From contig OZ242184.1 of the NCBI GenBank assembly GCA_965205855.1, positions 1-64,000 of the forward strand: DNA of 64,000 bases. Direction: 5' to 3'. The stretch comes from Thermodesulfobacteriota bacterium (GTDB lineage Bacteria > Desulfobacterota_D > UBA1144 > Nemesobacterales > Mycalebacteriaceae). Shown here in pieces: positions 59,533 through 64,000 of the stretch. How positions within the stretch are numbered: the first letter of the stretch is position 1; every line of letters begins with the position of its first letter. Both the position numbers and the translations under genes were made by a program. A model generated the notes under the pieces. It ran no database searches and was not told the origin of the DNA. It saw nothing but the letters and a program-made list of their open reading frames with translations.

Positions 59533-60222
59533 TCACAGCAAACCGTTTTCAACGAAACTGAAATGCTCGTGCGAGCAGACGATAATGTGGTCAACCAGCC
59601 GTATGTCAAGCGATTTACAGACCCGCGCGAGTTCTTTTGTTATATCTTTGTCGCTTTGCGAAGGGTCGGAGTGGCCGCTCGGATGGTTGTGGACAACTAT
59701 TATTCCGGAGCACCGTCCGATACCAAGCGCCTTCTTTACAACATCCCTTATGTTCATATCGACGCTGCTTACGGACCCTTCGGCAATAACTTCATGCTCA
59801 AGAAACTGGTTTTTTGTGTTGACAAAAATCAGCATCATAAACTCCTTGCTTTCCCTTCCTATCCGTGACTTAGCAAACGAGATTACCGACTGCGGAGAGG
59901 TCAGATAGTCTTCGCGGCGGATTCTTGTTTCCATATAGCGCCAGTTCACCTCCCTTATAAGTCTGATAAATGCGGCGGTGGAATCTCCAACCCCGTCGGC
60001 TTTTTTCAGGTCTTCCGCTCCGGCGTCAAGAACCTCAACAAGGGTCTTGAATTTTCCAATCAGGTTCTTTGCCGCGGGTTTCACATCCCTGCGCGGTATC
60101 GAGTAGGTAAGAAGAAGCTCCAGCGTCTCGTAGTCTTCAAAGGAGGACAGCCCTTCCTTAAGAAACCGTTTTCTGATACGTTTCCTGTGCTCTTCGTAGT
60201 GTTTGCTGATTCTCCGGCTCAC
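59533..60222 (-). CDS. radC: RadC family JAB-domain protein
   Basis: HRKRIRKRF, LELLLTYSIPRRDVKP, HNHPSG...SQSD, DHIIV; GTG start inferred. Confidence 0.9.
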   Translation of the reverse strand: MSRRISKHYEEHRKRIRKRFLKEGLSSFEDYETLELLLTYSIPRRDVKPAAKNLIGKFKTLVEVLDAGAEDLKKADGVGDSTAAFIRLIREVNWRYMETRIRREDYLTSPQSVISFAKSRIGRESKEFMMLIFVNTKNQFLEHEVIAEGSVSSVDMNIRDVVKKALGIGRCSGIIVVHNHPSGHSDPSQSDKDITKELARVCKSLDIRLVDHIIVCSHEHFSFVENGLL

Positions 60223-60281
60223 AATCTGGTAGTTTATCAAGCCGTGTGGAAAAAAGACCAAATTTCTGGAGCATTTGTCAA

Positions 60282-60944
60282 ATGAGAATAGTTCTTGTTC
60301 CCGTAAAAAGATTTTCAAAAGCCAATGAGAGACTTTGCGCCGTACTGTCGCCGGGTCAACGCGAAGGGCTTGCCCGCGTCATGCTTGAAGATGTACTCTC
60401 AAGCATATCGCTCTGCAAACACGTGGACAAAGTTGTTATAGTAACCGCGGAACCCGAAGCGATGGAAATGGGGCGAAGGTTCGGCACGGAGGCAATCGCC
60501 GAGCAAACACAGTGGAGCGAAAGTTCATCGGTTGAGTTTGCAATGAAAAAATGCGGCCAGACGGGAGCCGGGTCGGTTCTTGTGGTTCCGGGAGACATAC
60601 CCCTTGCGCAACCATGGGAATTTGACTCTGTAATGGAAAAAGACGATGGCGAAAAACGCATCGTTGCGGTCCCGTCGCGGGACGGCACGGGAACAAACGC
60701 GCTTATGATGAGGCCTCCGGGCGCCGTGTCTCCGAGTTTCGGGGAAAACAGTTTTATGCGGCACAAAAAAATCGTGTCGGATATGGGAATTGAATTTTCA
60801 TCTCTTATCCTGAGCGGCATAGGGCTCGACATAGACGCGCCGGAAGATCTGGAAACCTTTATGAGCTCCGGCGCGGAGACAACAAAAACGCACAGATATA
60901 TCAACAGCCTAGGAATAAAAACAAAAACCGGAAAACCGGCTTAA
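60282..60944 (+). CDS. cofC: 2-phospho-L-lactate/PEP guanylyltransferase (F420 biosynthesis)
   Basis: VPVKRFSKANERL, MLEDVL, PGDIP, GTGTNAL, FGENSFMRH, DIDAPEDL. Confidence 0.87.
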   Translation: MRIVLVPVKRFSKANERLCAVLSPGQREGLARVMLEDVLSSISLCKHVDKVVIVTAEPEAMEMGRRFGTEAIAEQTQWSESSSVEFAMKKCGQTGAGSVLVVPGDIPLAQPWEFDSVMEKDDGEKRIVAVPSRDGTGTNALMMRPPGAVSPSFGENSFMRHKKIVSDMGIEFSSLILSGIGLDIDAPEDLETFMSSGAETTKTHRYINSLGIKTKTGKPA

Positions 60945-60948
60945 CAAT

Positions 60949-61836
60949 ATGGGGTTTGTCAATTTCAATTTTCTCGGTCTTGATTCGGAAGAAGCAGATT
61001 TCAAAAGGTCAAAAACGGTCGTTGTTCCGGTCCCTTACGAAAGAACCGTGTCATTTCGAGGAGGCTGCTCGGGTGGCCCGATGGCGATAATAGAGGCGTC
61101 CCGCTCAATTGAGCTTTACGATGACGAACTGGAGTGTTGCCCGTCGGAATCGGGAATACACACATTAAACGAGCTGGAATGCGACATAAACCCCGCCGCA
61201 ATGGTGAAATTGGTGAGGAAAACCTGTCTGGACGCGGCGCAAAAGGGAAAGTTTGTCGCAATGGTGGGAGGAGAACATTCCGTAACACTGGGAGCGTTTC
61301 TGGCGCAAAAAGAGGTTCATCCCGAAATATGCTTTCTCTCGGTGGACGCTCACTGTGACCTGCGGGATAGTTATCAGGGGTCGGATTTTAGTCACGCATG
61401 CGTAACGCGCAGAATTTTGGAAACGGGCGCACAGGTCGTGGAGGCTGGCATAAGAAGTATGTCCTCGGAGGAGGCGGCGTTCGCGCAAGGCCGCAAAGAC
61501 CTTTCAATCTTCAGGGCGGACGACATGGTTGGCCACAACCCTGAAAAATGGATTTCCGAGATTGTGGAAAAACTCGGAGAGGAAGTATATCTCAGCATTG
61601 ATATTGACGGGCTCGACCCTTCATTGATGCCTTCGGTTGGAACCCCGGAACCCGGAGGGCTGGGCTGGCATGACATAACCGCGCTTATACGCGCGGTTTT
61701 TTCCAAAAGAAAAGTTGTGGGCATTGACATAGTTGAGCTATCTCCTATACCGGGCGTTTGCGCGCCAGATGTTACGGCCGCCAAGCTTCTTTATAAAGCC
61801 GTGGGATACAAGTTTTTCGGGTCAGTGAAATCTTGA
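60949..61836 (+). CDS. speB: Agmatinase
   Basis: GGEHSVT, DAHCDLRD, SIDIDGLDP, GTPEPGG. Confidence 0.9.
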   Translation: MGFVNFNFLGLDSEEADFKRSKTVVVPVPYERTVSFRGGCSGGPMAIIEASRSIELYDDELECCPSESGIHTLNELECDINPAAMVKLVRKTCLDAAQKGKFVAMVGGEHSVTLGAFLAQKEVHPEICFLSVDAHCDLRDSYQGSDFSHACVTRRILETGAQVVEAGIRSMSSEEAAFAQGRKDLSIFRADDMVGHNPEKWISEIVEKLGEEVYLSIDIDGLDPSLMPSVGTPEPGGLGWHDITALIRAVFSKRKVVGIDIVELSPIPGVCAPDVTAAKLLYKAVGYKFFGSVKS

Positions 61837-61889
61837 TAAACCCCATGCCGGTATGCTACAATCGGGTTTTCCGAATTTTTCAAACAAGC

Positions 61890-61961
61890 GGCGGCGTAGC
61901 TCAGAGGTAGAGCAGGGCTCTCATAAGGCCCCTGTCGGAGGTTCGAGTCCTCCCGCCGCCA
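61890..61961 (+). tRNA. tRNA-Met(CAT), elongator type, CCA not encoded
   Basis: GGCGGCG/CGCCGCC acceptor stem (G1-C72 paired), GGGCT-CT-CAT-AA-GGCCC anticodon arm, GGAGG-TTCGAGT-CCTCC T arm. Confidence 0.9.
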
Positions 61962-61986
61962 AAGCAAAAAGTTTTCAGATGAAAAC

Positions 61987-62391
61987 CTAATCTTCCTTTT
62001 TTTTAAAATCCAAAGAAACGGAGTTGATGCAGTATCTCATTCCGGTTGTTTTAGAGGGACCGTCGGGGAAAACATGTCCTAGATGCGCGTCGCAATTTGA
62101 GCACATAACCTCGACTCTACTCATTTCAACCGAGTCGTCCTGTTCGGTTTTGACATTTTCGCCTTCCGCTGGACGGTCAAAACTCGGCCATCCCGTTCCC
62201 GAATCAAATTTTGAATCGGACTTAAAAAGAGCCTGTCCGCAACATACGCAGACATACTCTCCCTTCTCTTTATGGCTGTTGTATTCTCCGGTGAAAGGTT
62301 TTTCCGTTCCCTTCTTGCGCGCAACGGCAAATTGCTCGTCCGTTAGCTCCTTTTTCCACTGCTCGTCTGTTTTTACCACTTTATCCGACAT
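61987..62391 (-). CDS. msrB: Peptide-methionine (R)-S-oxide reductase
   Basis: GTEKPFTG, SGTGWPSF, HLGHVFPDGP, RYCINS. Confidence 0.96.
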   Translation of the reverse strand: MSDKVVKTDEQWKKELTDEQFAVARKKGTEKPFTGEYNSHKEKGEYVCVCCGQALFKSDSKFDSGTGWPSFDRPAEGENVKTEQDDSVEMSRVEVMCSNCDAHLGHVFPDGPSKTTGMRYCINSVSLDFKKKED

Positions 62392-62423
62392 GGCAATCAA
62401 CCTAACAAGGCAAAGACTCCATG

Positions 62424-63281
62424 TCAAAACCTCCGGTCTTTTTTGAGAAAACGCGATTTCGCTTCGCGTCCGCGCTTAAGGAGTTTTACAAGCTCTTTTT
62501 TGTTTCCGGATCTGACCGCTCCGCCAATCGCGTCAACTTCACGGGAAAACCCTTCCAGCGCCTCAAGAACCGGGCCGGAATTTTGAATAAGTATTCCCGC
62601 CCACATCTCCGGTTCGCTCATCGCGATTCTGGTTGTGTCTCTGAGTCCGCCGCCGGAAATGGAAAAAACATCAGGCCCTTCAGAGCGCGCAGATGCGGCG
62701 GCGGAGGCGAGAGAGTAGGCGCACACATGGGGAAGATGGCTTACAAAAGCAAACATCCGGTCGTGCTTTTCGGGAGACATTCTCAGTATCCGGGCTCCCA
62801 TTTTTTCCCAAACGGCTTCAACCTTTTTTGACGCCTCGTCGGGCTCGCATGCGACTACCACGGGGTTGTCCTTAAAAATGCCCCTTTTGTAGTTGCGCGC
62901 ACCGTGGGTTTCGTCTCCCGCAATCGGGTGCGCGGGCACAAAACTCACATCTTCGGGCAAAATACGGTTTATACTCGCGACAATCGGGGCTTTGACGCTT
63001 CCCACATCTGTCAAAATCAGACCGGGACGGGACGAGGCGAAAATCCCGAGCGAGATCGTTTCCATAAAATCAACCGGAACCGCAAGCACGCAGATTTCCG
63101 TGCCCGGTGGAATCTTTCCGGGATCGTCAAACCCCTTATCCACAAGACCCTCCGAAACGCAGAAGGCGACCGCTTCGGAGTCTTTATCCACACCCGTAAC
63201 TTCAGACGCGATACTCAGCGCCTTGAGGTCGGCGCAGACCGAAGCTCCCATCTTTCCAAGTCCCACAACGGCAATTTTCAT
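62424..63281 (-). CDS. tyrA: Prephenate/arogenate dehydrogenase
   Basis: GLGKMG, DVGSVK, HPIAG, SHLPH, DTTRIA. Confidence 0.9.
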   Translation of the reverse strand: MKIAVVGLGKMGASVCADLKALSIASEVTGVDKDSEAVAFCVSEGLVDKGFDDPGKIPPGTEICVLAVPVDFMETISLGIFASSRPGLILTDVGSVKAPIVASINRILPEDVSFVPAHPIAGDETHGARNYKRGIFKDNPVVVACEPDEASKKVEAVWEKMGARILRMSPEKHDRMFAFVSHLPHVCAYSLASAAASARSEGPDVFSISGGGLRDTTRIAMSEPEMWAGILIQNSGPVLEALEGFSREVDAIGGAVRSGNKKELVKLLKRGREAKSRFLKKDRRF

Positions 63282-63288
63282 TCTTTTC

Positions 63289-64000
63289 TCACTTCCCCAT
63301 CACTCCGACGACGGCTTTTATGAAAGCCGCGTTATGCTCGGCGGTTCCCACAGTGACTCTTATGTGATTGGCAAGCCCATATGCCGAAGCCGGGCGCACA
63401 ATAACGCCTTTGCGCAGAAGTTTTTCATAAACCCGCGCCGAATTTTCCCCCGTATCGGCAAGAACAAAGTTTGCTTTCGATTCCGTATGGAATATTCCCA
63501 GAGAGCCAAGTTGAGAGAAAAGATAGTCAAGCCCGGCAAGGTTTGTCTCCCGCGAAAAGGTGGTGTGAGAGTCATCTTTTAAAGCCGCTAGCGCCGCTAT
63601 TTGGGCCGGGGAATTGACGTTGAAAGGCTCTTTGGCACGATTTAAAAACGCCGCCACCGGTTGCGAGGCAACCGCGTAGCCTATTCTCATTCCCGCAAGC
63701 CCATGAATTTTTGAAAAGGTTCTGACGGTTACAATTCCCTCCCTGGTTCGGTGATAATCAAGGGAGTCAGGGTAGTTTTCGTCCTCTACATACTCAAAAT
63801 AAGCCTCATCCATAACTATGAGAACATGTTCGGGAACTTTACCGAGAAAATCCTCGAACTCGCTTCGCGAGAAAATCGTGCCGGTTGGGTTGTTAGGGTT
63901 CGCGAGAAAAACAACCTTCGTCCGTGGAGTCAAACGCGCCGCAAAGTCTTCAAGGTCGTGCTTTAAAAAAGGCATCGGGGAAACAACCCCTTTCGCTCCC
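63289..64000 (-). CDS. hisC: Histidinol-phosphate aminotransferase (5' end outside window)
   Basis: NPNNPTG, DEAYFEY, RTFSKIHGLAGMRIGY. Confidence 0.93.
   Translation of the reverse strand, partial: GAKGVVSPMPFLKHDLEDFAARLTPRTKVVFLANPNNPTGTIFSRSEFEDFLGKVPEHVLIVMDEAYFEYVEDENYPDSLDYHRTREGIVTVRTFSKIHGLAGMRIGYAVASQPVAAFLNRAKEPFNVNSPAQIAALAALKDDSHTTFSRETNLAGLDYLFSQLGSLGIFHTESKANFVLADTGENSARVYEKLLRKGVIVRPASAYGLANHIRVTVGTAEHNAAFIKAVVGVMGK

Noticed and set aside
61890-61961. CAT tRNA as initiator or Ile2
   Set aside because: G1-C72 is paired, so it is not an initiator, and the acceptor stem lacks the C4/C5 pattern typical of TilS substrates. Elongator Met is preferred but not proven.

Overview
Bacterial chromosomal window of mostly housekeeping genes: lepA, rpmG-rpmB, fabH, split acyl-CoA carboxylase, coaE-gltX, rplM-rpsI, sodA, tilS, ihfA-pheT, mnmE, pabBC-like, leuA, hisBHC, tyrA, msrB, cofC and two tRNAs. 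Gene style suggests a deltaproteobacteria-like, possibly Dadabacteria-type host-associated organism; this is inference only. Accessory material includes an 8.9 kb autotransporter adhesin with 20 tandem 285-bp repeats behind a G10 tract, decayed Fic and DNA-methyltransferase genes, two small lipoproteins and an OMP. A DnaA-box cluster with a parS-like site after mnmE is a candidate oriC. The most novel signal is a dispersed structured-RNA leader found four times (about 30.6, 37.9, 40.2 and 53.6 kb). Each copy starts just after a sigma70-type promoter and precedes an unrelated accessory gene. It has an invariant core (ACCC-NN-TTGTCGGGTCT / TAAAT / GAATA), a covarying terminal stem, a possible pseudoknot and an anti-RBS helix tailored to each downstream gene, which makes it a candidate undescribed riboswitch-like translational switch. 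All coordinates and pairings were read by eye and no database searches were run.
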